64,000 nucleotides of DNA from positions 268,370 through 332,369 of the forward strand of contig MU053513.1 in assembly GCA_013239625.1 (NCBI GenBank). Reading direction: 5' to 3'. This document shows, piece by piece, positions 53,684 through 64,000 of the stretch. Below the pieces are notes generated by a model that was not told the origin of the DNA, searched no databases, and saw nothing but the letters and a program-made list of their open reading frames with translations. How positions within the stretch are numbered: position 1 is the stretch's first letter; every line of letters begins with the position of its first letter. Both the position numbers and the translations under genes were made by a program. The stretch comes from Lama guanicoe. Taxonomy: Eukaryota.

Positions 53684-56633
53684 TATAGAGGATACATTTG
53701 GAAAAAGAATTGCTGGGTCATAGTTCTTAAATCTTCAAACCTATCAGATAATATTAGATAATTTTCTAAAATTGAAAAATGTACCAATTTCTAGTTCCAC
53801 CAACAGTTAACATGTGCTCCCATCATTCCAGTTCTAAACTTCTGACAACATTCGATGTCTCAAAAATTTTGCCGGTCAGGTGGATGTGGACTGTCTCATT
53901 GTGGATTTAATTTGCTTTTCCATAATTACAAATGGTTGTATGTATTCTCTTAATTTTATAAGACATCTGTACTTCCTCTTCTATGAATATCTTATTGTTT
54001 CCATTTTAAATTGGAGTCATTGTCCATTTTTTGGTAGATGATTTTAAGAATTCATTGCTATTTCTTCTTCTTTGGTTGGAACTGTAATGTGTCTCAATAC
54101 CAATTACTTCTTGGTTAAATGTGACACCAGTATCATATCAGTTTATAACTTGTCTATTAGCCCACTTGACAGTGTCTTTTAATTCATTGGTATTCTTAAT
54201 TTCAATAGAGTTGAAATTTTTATCCACTTCCTTTATGGTTTCCACAATCTTTGTCTTATTTAGGAAACTCTTCACTGAGGACATGAAACTATTCTACACC
54301 TTTTTCTTCTGAGATATTCAAGTTTTTATTTTTTTTAATTTTTCAACTCCCTGAAATTGATTTTTTTGTATAAGACTGTCAGGTAAGGATCCATTTTTCT
54401 TTCAAAAAGATAACCAGTGTTTCCAGAAAACTTTATTCAATAGTTCACCAATTCCCAGTAATGTCAATTCCCAGTAATGTTTAATACCAAATTTCTATAT
54501 ATGCCTGAGGTTTTTAAAGCCTCTATTTTCCATTGCTTGATACTTCAATCTCTACTACAATCTCCTGCTGCCTTAAACTTTATAATAAGTCATAATACTG
54601 TGACTCATATTATTCCATCATCTTTTCTTTAGGAGCCACTTGATGACTTATGGCTGCATACATGTGTACACACACACACACACACACACTCATGCACACA
54701 CACAGGATTTCAGTAAGTAAGGCATGGAGCACATAGATAATGTTGAGAAGAACTGACATATATATGATAATGATATTTTGCTCTTAAGTGTGGTATATCG
54801 TTTTTATTAATGTCTTTCTTAATGTCTTACTGTAGAGTTTTATCATTTTCTCCATAAGTGTCAAGCACATTTGCATTAGATCTATGACTGGGTCCTTTGT
54901 GTTGTCTTTATCCTTTAATGATCATCTTCTTTTCTTGCATTAAAGTTTTTGTGGATATATGTAAGTGCAGTTGTCCTTAGGTTTTGGCATTTTACTCAAA
55001 ATACTCAAATAACTTTAGTAATTTATGTAAATTATTTTTGAGAGCTTAATGTAGACAATTATATCACATGCAAGTTTTTACTTTATTTGAATCTTGATAG
55101 GTTTTGTTTCTATCATTTGCCTTACTGTTTTGACTAGAACCTCCAATACCGTATTGAAGAGAAATGGGAATAGTTATGTTTTTTCCATACACATTTTGTT
55201 AGAGTTAATCTTCAGTTTTTGGATATTCACCTATATTTGCAGGGTCATAAGAGGTTTCTTTTTTAGCATATATGTATATTAGGTCTTACTAACTTTTTGG
55301 CATTTATTATTATAGTTGTATTCACTTTTAGTCTGTTAATATAAAGAATAACCTATGTAAAATATCAAATCTTAAGTTATACTAACATTCTTGGTGTAGA
55401 TCTACCTCCATCAATGTGTATAGCAATTTTTGTACATTGGTGGATTACATGTCCCAGTATTTTAAATTTTTGCATTCATGTTCCTAAGTGAGATTGTCCT
55501 GTACATTTTCCATTCTCAAGAATACCTTTTCTTGATTTACTTTTAAAATGATCTGGGAGTGGTGTATTTTTGCTTTTGTTTGATTGGTTTTGGAAGTTTG
55601 TTTGGGGGATATTTCCTTTTAATTCCTGCACTGTTTTCAAGATATTCACATTTATAATTTATTTTTAATGTCTGGTGATTAATATTTTACTAAGAATTCT
55701 TCCAATTTATTATGTTGTCAAATTTATTAGAACCATTGCTGACAATTTTCTCCTGTTACTATCTAATTTATTTTGCATCTGTACAGTCACATCTCCTTTT
55801 TCATTCCAAATAATGTTTGTATTTCTTTTTTTTAACAAGTCCCTACAGATAGATATTAAGATTATTTCCATTTCTTTTTTTATTACAAAGAAAAGATGTG
55901 ATGAGCACCTTTACACAGGCATCCTGATGTGCTTTTCAAGTATATTAATGGTTAAGTTCCCAGCACAATTACAGGCTCAAAGGCTATGTGCATTTAAAGT
56001 TTCGATATATGATGTAACTGGTCCTCCAATAAAGTTTTCGCTGGTTTATATGCCCACTTAGAATATATGTAAATACCACTCTGCCCTTGCTACCACTGAG
56101 CATCATCCAATTTTAGCTATTTTGCTAACCCGATCAGTGTGGAAAATGGTGTTCTGATCTTGATGTTACTTTTCTTTTTAACTTTGCAGTAAGTTTTGAT
56201 ATATAATAGGACACTTTCATTTTTATTTAAAAAATCATTGCATTTTTTCAGGTAATTCTTAATATAAAATTTTCAAATTTATAAAAGAAACCCTTTTGTG
56301 TTTTAATTTTAATGTCCAATTAAGTTGGAAAAATTATTATCTTTATAGCATTGGCTTCTTACTCAGAAATATGGCATTTCTCTACTTGCTGAGATTTTTA
56401 AAAACACTGACAGCAAGATTTTGTAGTTTTCTTCTGAGAGGTCTTAATTTACAAGGACTTTAATTTCTAGCTGTATTATATTTTATATTTATAATTTTTA
56501 TTACTACTGTGAAAAATTCATTTCCCCCCTGACTGATTATACAGAGTTTGTATTTAGAAAAGTTGGCCATTTTGAATATTTATCTTATCTACCACCTTAC
56601 TGGACTCTCGTGTGTGTGTGGTGTTGAGGATGT

Positions 56634-57375
56634 TGGATAGCCACATATAAATCAATGAAGTTAGAACACTCCTTCACATCATACAGAAAAATAAACTCAA
56701 AATGGCTTAAAGATTTAGACATAAGACAAGTCACTATAAACCTGCTTCAAGAAAAAAACATAGGCAAACATTTTCTGACATAAATCTTAGCAATGTTCTT
56801 CTAGGGCAGTCTACTCAGGCAATAGAAATAAAAGCAAAAGTAAACAAATGGGACCTAATTAAACGTATAAGCTTTTGCACAACAAAGGAAACTGTAAGCA
56901 AAACAAAAGACAAACTGCAGAGTGGGAGAAAATATTTGCAAATGATGTGACTGACAAGGGATTAATTTCCAGAATATACAAATAGCTCATACAACTTAAT
57001 AACAACAACAAAAAAAATGACAAACCAACCAATCCAAAAATGGGCAGAAGACCTAAACAAGCAATTCTCCAATGAAGACATACAAATGACTAATAGGCAC
57101 ATAAAAAAAATATACTGAATATCGCTAATTATCAGAGAAATGCAAATCTAAACTACAATGTGTAGGGGAGGGTATAGCTCAGTAGTAGAGGACCTGCTTA
57201 GCATGCACGAGGTCCTGAGTTCAATCCCCAGTCCCTCCATTTAATCAATCAATCAATCAATAACCTTATTACTTCCCTCAAATAAATAAATACATTTAAA
57301 AAAAAAGGAAAAAAATACTACAATGAGGTATCACCTTACACCAGTCAGAATGGCCACCATTAAATAGTCCACTAA
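56634..57375 (+). mobile_element. L1 ORF2 internal fragment (relatively young), interrupted by a SINE
   Basis: Encodes MKLEH...[64 protein letters not shown]. Confidence 0.92.
57165..57316 (+). mobile_element. tRNA-derived SINE, camelid vic-1 type
   Basis: ggggagggtatagctcagtagtagag...gcttagcatgcacgaggtcctgagttcaatcccc, (AATC)n, A tail; TSD actacaatg at 57152-57160 and 57317-57325. Confidence 0.93.
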
Positions 57376-58004
57376 TGATAGATAATGTTTTTCTTTGTTT
57401 ATTTTATTAATCTTGCCCATTGCTTCTCTTTTAGTCTTTTCAAAGTACTGAATGTATCGGAACTTTTGCTCAGTGATCCTCAGAACAAAGCATAACATTT
57501 TAGACTCAAACACAGCAAACATTTGTTTTATGCTCTAAGAAAAGTATGAAGAAAAGTTGTGTTTTTTTGGAGAATAAAGCTATATATACTATTAATTATG
57601 ATTCTGGATAGTAGGGTTTTTATTAGAGATGCTCACAATGATATCCCTGTTTTAGATTAGTTTCTACCACCATGCCTACCTGGTACTCAGCAAATATTAT
57701 TTTAAAGAAGGAACTGATATGCTGAAAACTACATACTCTCTGAATTCAGGTACCCTCTCCTTTGGCAAAAAAAAAAAATGTTCTAATTCCAACCAAAAAT
57801 AATCTGATTCTAAAAAATAATGATACAATGATTTAGCAATGTATCAACAGAAAACCTTCTTGTGTGTTTTAATGGAAGAAATATAAGTAAGGTTACACAT
57901 ACCTAATAAGCACATCGGTTATTGACTAGAGGTTCTACTCTCCCTAGTCTAAAGAAATCACTGACACTAGCAAACATGGATTTCCTAGGCCTGCTCACCA
58001 AAAC

Positions 58005-58140
58005 CAGTGTGCTTAATCCTGTCTGCATATTAGAATTACCAGAGGAGTTTTAAATATACCTGATTGATTGAGTGAGATCTCCCTGTGTTGGGCTTAAGCC
58101 CAGGAGAGTCAAATACACAGCAGGGCTGAAAACCGCGGCG
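58005..58140. mobile_element. MER5-like MITE fragment
   Basis: ccagtgtgcttaatcctgtctgcatattagaattacc...cagcagggctgaaaacc. Confidence 0.6.
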
Positions 58141-58454
58141 TAAGTTTATATATTTGTGAAACCCAAAGCTTTAAATTCATTTGTGACATTGACCTACATG
58201 GTCCTTTATTAAAAGAACAGACTATTGAGATAAAAAACCACTAAAGCTAACAGCAGATGCTCTTCCTGAACTAACTTGACTGTTATAAGACACTTCAAAA
58301 GCAATTTCCTAATTTGTATTTTTACATTATGGGAAATGCTTAAAAGGTATACTGTGCTTTGTCAAACATTTTCCCATCCTGCAGAATTAACTGTTTTATG
58401 CTTTAGCATATATTTATCTTTAAGCTCTCTCCTCCTGACATACGTGATTGCTAA

Positions 58455-58616
58455 TTTCTTTTATCAAAGTATAGTTGATTTACAACACTGTGTTAATTTC
58501 TGGTGTACAACATAGTGATTCCATTTTATATATATATATATATATATATTCCTTTTTATATTCTTTTTCATTATAGGCTATTACAGGATATTGAATATAG
58601 TTCCCTGTGCTATACA
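58455..58616 (-). mobile_element. Artiodactyl-type L1 3' terminus with (TA)n
   Basis: aagtatagttgatttacaac...atttctggtgtacaacatagtgattc...gaatatagttccctgtgctataca; same family as 6033-6126. Confidence 0.88.
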
Positions 58617-59089
58617 TTTATTTTTAATAAAACTGGTCAGTCTGAGATGGTTACGGTACATAGTCAATAACATCAAAAATAGATAAATAAATAAATAAAA
58701 TGGCTGATACTGTGAAACTAACACTAAAAGTCTTGTAACAGAATTTCCTCAGATTTGAGTGAGTGATGTTGAAGAACGAATTGTGTATTAATACTTAAAT
58801 AGTGTGATTGACTTTAATCCATGAAGAAATACTTTTATGAAAGAAAATTGGAACTGTTAGCTTAGTTGCTGCTGTCTTAATTTAACTTGCATTTATGTAG
58901 CCATTTTTTTCTTAATGAAACATGCTTTATCAGTTGAATCAGGTAATTTCATTTTATTTTTCAATAATTACAAGACATAATGTAATCTATGTGCTACTTT
59001 TGTAAGCTAAAGAGAGTTTGTTAACTTCTTCTTGACAATTTATGCTGTAATGTATTTTCTTTTCAGTTTGGAGAAAAAAAGAATATTGC

Positions 59090-61610
59090 AGTTTAGGGTA
59101 GAAAATTTTCTGCCCTTCCTATCTGCTTTTGGTGGACCCCTGCTGGTTTCAAACCAAGGATCTGAATGAGATTTATCATATCACCCAGCACCATATTCAG
59201 ACCTGGCCAACTAGTATATTTCATTTAATCGTACACAGTGGAGGGTTCCATGACCTAAGGCAGTCCAAGGAGATTCATCTCTTATCGATTTGGTTATAAT
59301 GATGGCCATATGTAACCCGACCTTACCACAAGAAATCTTGATTGGCAATGAAACTAACCTGGAAGAATGCAGAGCTGAGAACTGAAACTTGAAAGTTTCC
59401 TAGTGGTTATTTCAAGTCTTTGGAGACAAATGCTTTCCTTGAGCTTCGCAGTATGTGGGCAATGCATTCCCTTATCAAGCTGTGATTAGCTGGTTTTTGT
59501 CATTAACAAAATAATTTTGGTTACTAAAATACAATCAATGTTTAAACGTCATAACTTGTAAGGAACAACATGACAGTATTTTATGTGCCAACTAGGAAAG
59601 AAAAGAAAATGTTGTCAATTAAACATTGAATGCACAATGAATCTCAGTCTCAAATTTGTTAAAATTGAAACAATTGGTCAAATAGAAGCGATGATATATG
59701 GTAACAGAAGAATTGAAGAAGTAGAATTTTGAAAATGAAATACCCTAAAATGTGAAATTACAGAAGCTGAGGTTGCAGGTGGCATACCTCAGGTTATAAG
59801 GGGGCAACCTTTCTCGGATGGTAACAGTAAAGGATACTGTGACTCAGGCCAGGTGTCCATTCAGGTTGGAATTTTAAGAGACTTGATATAAAGAATGAGG
59901 CTAGTTAAATCAGTTAGCTAATTAGTGTGTATGACCTCAAGTAAATTTCTACAAATGAGAGATGATCTGAAGGGAGAAAAAAACAGCTGGATATAGAGGA
60001 TATTTTTTCCACTGTTCATCCTTCCAAGATACCTGATTATGAGAGAATCATGTACATTTTAGTGCTGAATAATCCACGTCCCAAGCTCCCCACTAAAGGA
60101 AGAAAGCTGGAAACAAGGGATAAAATAAATTCTAAGAGGGAGCTAAGTCTTGACCGTTGACATCTTCAAACATCTTCTGATTTACACAAACTGTATACAA
60201 ATTGTAAAAATTAAATCTGCATTTAAAAAATAAATAAACAAAAAGAGAAGCTTACTGGGATTCACTCTGAGGCAGGGATAGGCTAATTTTGGGGTAGACA
60301 CCCAAAAAGAAGCCATTAGGCTAAAGGCAAAGATACGAGCAAAACATTTTGAAGGGCTGTTGCTGAAAGACAGACACCTATGCTGGGGTACAGATTACAA
60401 GCTCTAGACTCTGACCTTTGGTAATTATCCCATGAAGTGGATTGAATGCAAAATGACGGGAAGCCAAGGAAGGTTTAAATGGAATTACTTGTATGGCCTG
60501 ATAAATTCCCTAGTTTGGGAAACAAAGTCCTATGTTTGCTTAACTTGTAAAGCAGTCCCCAGGCACTGTGATCTAAATCTGTACCAATGGGAAGGGAATG
60601 CTAAGCTGTAGCAATCACCAGAAAGGTATTTTTCCAAGTCTTCCTCAAATATGCTGTCATAAGAAAATGGGAATGTGAAAGGTTCTGTAAGGACAGAATC
60701 AGGAACAGGAAGTCTGGTTGACCAGGGAACTCTCTCCCCTGCAGGACAGGGAGTCCTTGCCATGTGTACCCTAAAGACATCGTCCCTGGTACGGAAAGAT
60801 GAATACTGAGTATTATTTCTCCATCTGTCTTCTCCAAATGAAGTTTTGATTGAAGATATCCTACTTACTCAGTGCCATGGTACAGTAAGTAGGATGGAGG
60901 TGGATTCCAGGTCGTAAGAAGTCACTTCTGACCCCAGGCAAAAAGAAGGCTTGTTAACCAGATGTCTTGGACCAGGAGCTGTATGCAGTAATTGTATGAG
61001 ATATTAGGCAGTCTTATACTAAGGAGCATTTAATGCATATCTGCCTCAGTCTGTGGTGCAGTTGTAACATGGTAGGAAAAGATGCTTTAAACGTGTCTCT
61101 ATTGAGGAAAAGATGTAAATGTTAGGCAGTAACTACTTGTTCTGTTTTACCCAAACCTCTACGTGCACAGTCCTCAATCAGTACACGTTGATCCAGTGAC
61201 ATGTGAAAGCTAGGGCTGGGCACATGGTCAAAGGCTAACTGGAGAACTCCAAACGCTAGCTACAAGGTTTATTCAGAAGACAAACCGTGACTTCTCCTAA
61301 GCCAGTGAAAGTTATTTCTGAGATTTGTTGAAGATATTTACAAGATGCTCTCTTGCCTCTGAAATTTCTAGCTGTGCAAACAATTTAAGTTACATATTGT
61401 TTAAACTGAGAATGAAGCTGAAGAGGAAAGCAGAGTCTAATGAAGAAAAGGGGACAAAAGAGTCATAACAAAACGGATGGAGACTACTGCATCCTGGAGC
61501 TCTTTAAGATAGCTTCATCCCTGAACTCTTCAGCTGTGTGAGCCAATAAACTCCACTTGTTTTGCTTAAATTTGTTTGAGCTTTTTCATTTGTCTTAAGT
61601 AGAAACATAA
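59090..61610 (+). mobile_element. Ancient MaLR provirus-like unit: LTR (~59090-59520), MLT-int (~59520-61100), LTR (~61130-61610), MLT1K/J-like
   Basis: Both ends carry MLT1 3' motifs (cagtatgtgggcaatgcattccc; cagctgtgtgagccaataaactcc...gtttgagc); 60830-61020 resembles MLT-int 3' end (ccaaatgaagttttgattg..atatcct; gagctgtatgcagtaattgtatgaga). Confidence 0.55.
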
Positions 61611-61729
61611 AGTAGTAGTAACAAACTCAAAAGCTGTGGCAATGAAGAATGATATAAAAATAAGAGGTGAGAAACTGAGAGGGTGATAAAGCTATAGAAA
61701 GTGGTAAGGACAGTGCACACCTATACTCT

Positions 61730-62290
61730 GCTGCACGAGTTGCAGGAATGCAGACAATGCTTTTACTAATTTTTCTGCTCTTTAAAAAAAGAGCATAATT
61801 TTACTATGAAATCTTTCAAAATTGAACTATTGGCAATGCATATTACTTATTATTTTATAAAATGTGTCACATAGGCCAATTCTTAGCAGGCCTTGATTTT
61901 AGATACAAGTACTTAAAAGGTACAATCAATAATTTATGATTTATGTTTAAAAAGAAAAAATGCTAGACATCTAAAAATTAATTTTCTAATCTCTAGTTGC
62001 TCATCCCCAATTATCCATCCTGATGTTTTTGCAACTGATGCTCTACGAACAGTCCCATACCACAGACTGCCTGTCTGTTAAATCAGAGACTGCAAACCAC
62101 ACATGTTTCTGTAGGCTGGGAAGGTGGTGTGATAGAGTTAGGCCAGAAATTATTATTTTTGTATAATAAATTAATTAACACATTAATAAAAATGCACATG
62201 TTTCTGTAGGCTGGGAAGGTGGTGTGATAGAGTTAGCAGAAAGCAGCAGTCACTGTGGTGAACTGCAGAGTTTATCTTAGCCCCAGAGCA
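61730..62290 (+). mobile_element. MER102-like fragments (hAT-Charlie)
   Basis: tgaaatctt..aa..tattggcaa (3' part, ~61800-61880) and cagagactgcaaac...ctgtggtgaactgcagag (5' part, from ~62083). Confidence 0.45.
62100..62236 (+). repeat. Perfect 42-bp direct repeat with 53-bp AT-rich spacer
   Basis: cacatgtttctgtaggctgggaaggtggtgtgatagagttag at 62100-62141 and 62195-62236. Confidence 0.95.
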
Positions 62291-62893
62291 TCCTACGTCA
62301 ATTAGAAACAAACAAAAACCAAAGGGGTTGGTGTGTGAAGCTTGGATTCTGAGCTTCCAGCTTGAGGCATCCATCCTATAGTTTCAAGAAGAAAAGCATG
62401 TCTGAATATCTGTCTCTTATCTATTTAAAATGCTTTAAACTTTTCAGAATATATTTTAGTAACAGTAACCAACTGTTTCAACACTCAATGAGGTAAGATT
62501 TTCTACGTATGTAAATACTCACACCAAACTCTCAGAGGTCTGCAGGCTTTCTGAGTACTCTACTAAGTGATGGAGGAAAAGGTTACTACATTGACTTAGA
62601 AATGGCCTGATGAGAAAATACAACGCATTCTCTGGACAATTTGGTAATCCTTTGCAATTAATATGCCCTGGATATGTACTGCACCACACTGAAGGAGAAA
62701 ACTAAAAAATCTTTTTGAATAATTGAAATGAAGTGTAAAAGAGCAGATATACATATTCAGAAAGTCATTTTAATAGGAGGAATATGAGTCTTACATGACA
62801 AGAGTCAAGGGCTCTCTGAAGTTTTCATTCTAGAGGTTTAAGGTGCTTGCAATTGGAAATATTTTTAGAGCAATCCAAGTGTCGAAAGGAAAG

Positions 62894-63261
62894 TGTTATG
62901 GACTGAATTGTGTCCCCCCCAAATCCATTGGCTGAAGTTCTAACTCCAGTGTGACTGTATTGGAGATAAGGCCTTGAAAGAGGAAATGAAGTTGTGAGGG
63001 TGAGGCTTTAATAAAATAGGACTGATGTCCTTATAAGAAGAGTAAGAGACACCAGGACTGCACACTTGCAGACAAAAGGCCATGTGACACCTTGAGAAAG
63101 CAGTTGTCTGCAAGGCAAGGAGAGGGGCTTTAGAAGGAACCAGATCGGCCAACACCTTGATCTAGGACTACCACCCTCCAGAACTGTGAGGAACGCATTC
63201 CTGTGGCTGAAGCCACCCGGTGCTTGGTATGCTGTAATAGCAGCCCCAGCAGACTAACACG
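62894..63261 (+). mobile_element. Solo MaLR LTR (MLT1A/MLT1B-like), full length
   Basis: tgttatggactgaattgtgtcccccc...gtccttataagaagag...ccaacaccttgatc...ccagaactgtgag...gcagactaacacg; 5-bp TSD gaaag/ggaag. Confidence 0.9.
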
Positions 63262-63910
63262 GGAAGAACTCCCTCACTGTCCCTCCACTCAGTCCCAAGG
63301 CATAGAAAACCCCCCTTTTCCCTTTCCACCAACGGAGCCACACGTTTGGAATCCAGACTCATTCATACTCTCTGCAAAGTCGCCAGGTAAGAGAAAACAT
63401 AGAATAGTAACTTCAGCCCCCGAGGAACTGGGGTTATTTTGGGTTATTCTTATAAGGAAGAATGTAAAACCCCAGGATAAGAGGGGAGAGCGGGATTAAA
63501 GGGGCCCAGGGCTGTGGGAAGTGGAAGAGGTCGTTCTAGACAGGAGACAGGGTATCTGAGATTCCTGGGCAGCAAAGGGATCATCACAAGGAGAATCTCG
63601 AAAGTTCCAGGGAGCGAGGAGCCACTCCTGTGTGAACAGGGGAAAGGGTTAACTAGGCCGGGACGCAGGTGTCACAGCCTCCTCCACACCAATGCACACG
63701 ATTTCTCAACGTGAAATGATTGTCTACACTCGGTGAAAATCTAATCAAAAACCCTTTTGGTGTCATTGTCTATCTGGTATGACGAAAGCTGGGGAAGCTC
63801 TGTCCAGACGGGGTAAGTGTGGTTTCCTCCCACACGTCCATCTCCTCAAAGGCTGGTGGATAGTTCATCCTCATAATCATGTGGTGACCATGCAAGACAC
63901 GACATCTACT
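63140..63910 (+). promoter_or_regulatory. CpG-enriched candidate promoter/first-exon region
   Basis: About 20 CpG in ~800 bp (hand count), higher GC; donors CAG|GTAAGA after 63386 and GGG|GTAAGT after 63812. Confidence 0.35.
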
Positions 63911-64000
63911 TTATGCACATCATTATTATGCTGCAAGGAAATTGTGATTTATTCATTCCTCTCTATTTTTCTATCTATTTTTTTAAGTAAGCAAAGAAAT

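Larger units (their letters stand above)
52810..56610 (-). mobile_element. Long, highly decayed L1 (L1ME-like), fragmented by later insertions
   Basis: gaattgctgggtcatag, ctcattgtggatttaatttgc, ttgagaagaactgacat, actagaacctccaatac, tgttcctaagtgagattg motifs. Confidence 0.7.

Noticed and set aside
54449..54480. 16-bp perfect tandem duplication caattcccagtaatgt x2
   Set aside because: Ordinary slippage duplication inside decayed L1
1123..63714. ORF-track ORFs (60-131 aa) as protein-coding genes
   Set aside because: Short, often low-complexity or with non-ATG starts, mostly inside repeats; the only recognisable peptides are L1 ORF1/ORF2 remnants

Overview
AT-rich (roughly 35% GC by eye), repeat-dense, non-coding mammalian genomic DNA. 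It is very probably from a camelid (camel/llama/alpaca), because it carries two copies of a tRNA-derived SINE matching the camelid vic-1 type and no Alu, CHR, Bov-A/BovB or ERE SINEs were seen. I recognise no intact protein-coding gene, RNA gene or CRISPR array. The only ORF-track peptides I recognise are decayed LINE-1 ORF1/ORF2 pieces. Much of the window is transposon debris: L1, L2, MIR, MaLR (MLT1) LTRs including one apparent LTR-internal-LTR provirus, and hAT and Tc1/mariner MITEs. Family names come from recalled consensus similarity and most repeat boundaries are approximate. The best leads are: (1) an ancient CR1/L3 LINE whose reverse-transcriptase region is still readable as protein (28.06-28.95 kb), a possible exapted element; (2) an unassigned ~206-bp foldback element (9.12-9.33 kb); (3) a CpG-retaining, homeodomain-motif-rich block at 50.1-52.5 kb, a candidate conserved enhancer; (4) GATA and GATA+MEF2 motif clusters; (5) candidate non-coding exons on both strands; and (6) an MLT1 LTR next to a CpG-enriched, splice-donor-bearing segment at the right end. 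None of these amounts to a demonstrated new system; all are hypotheses needing alignment or expression data.
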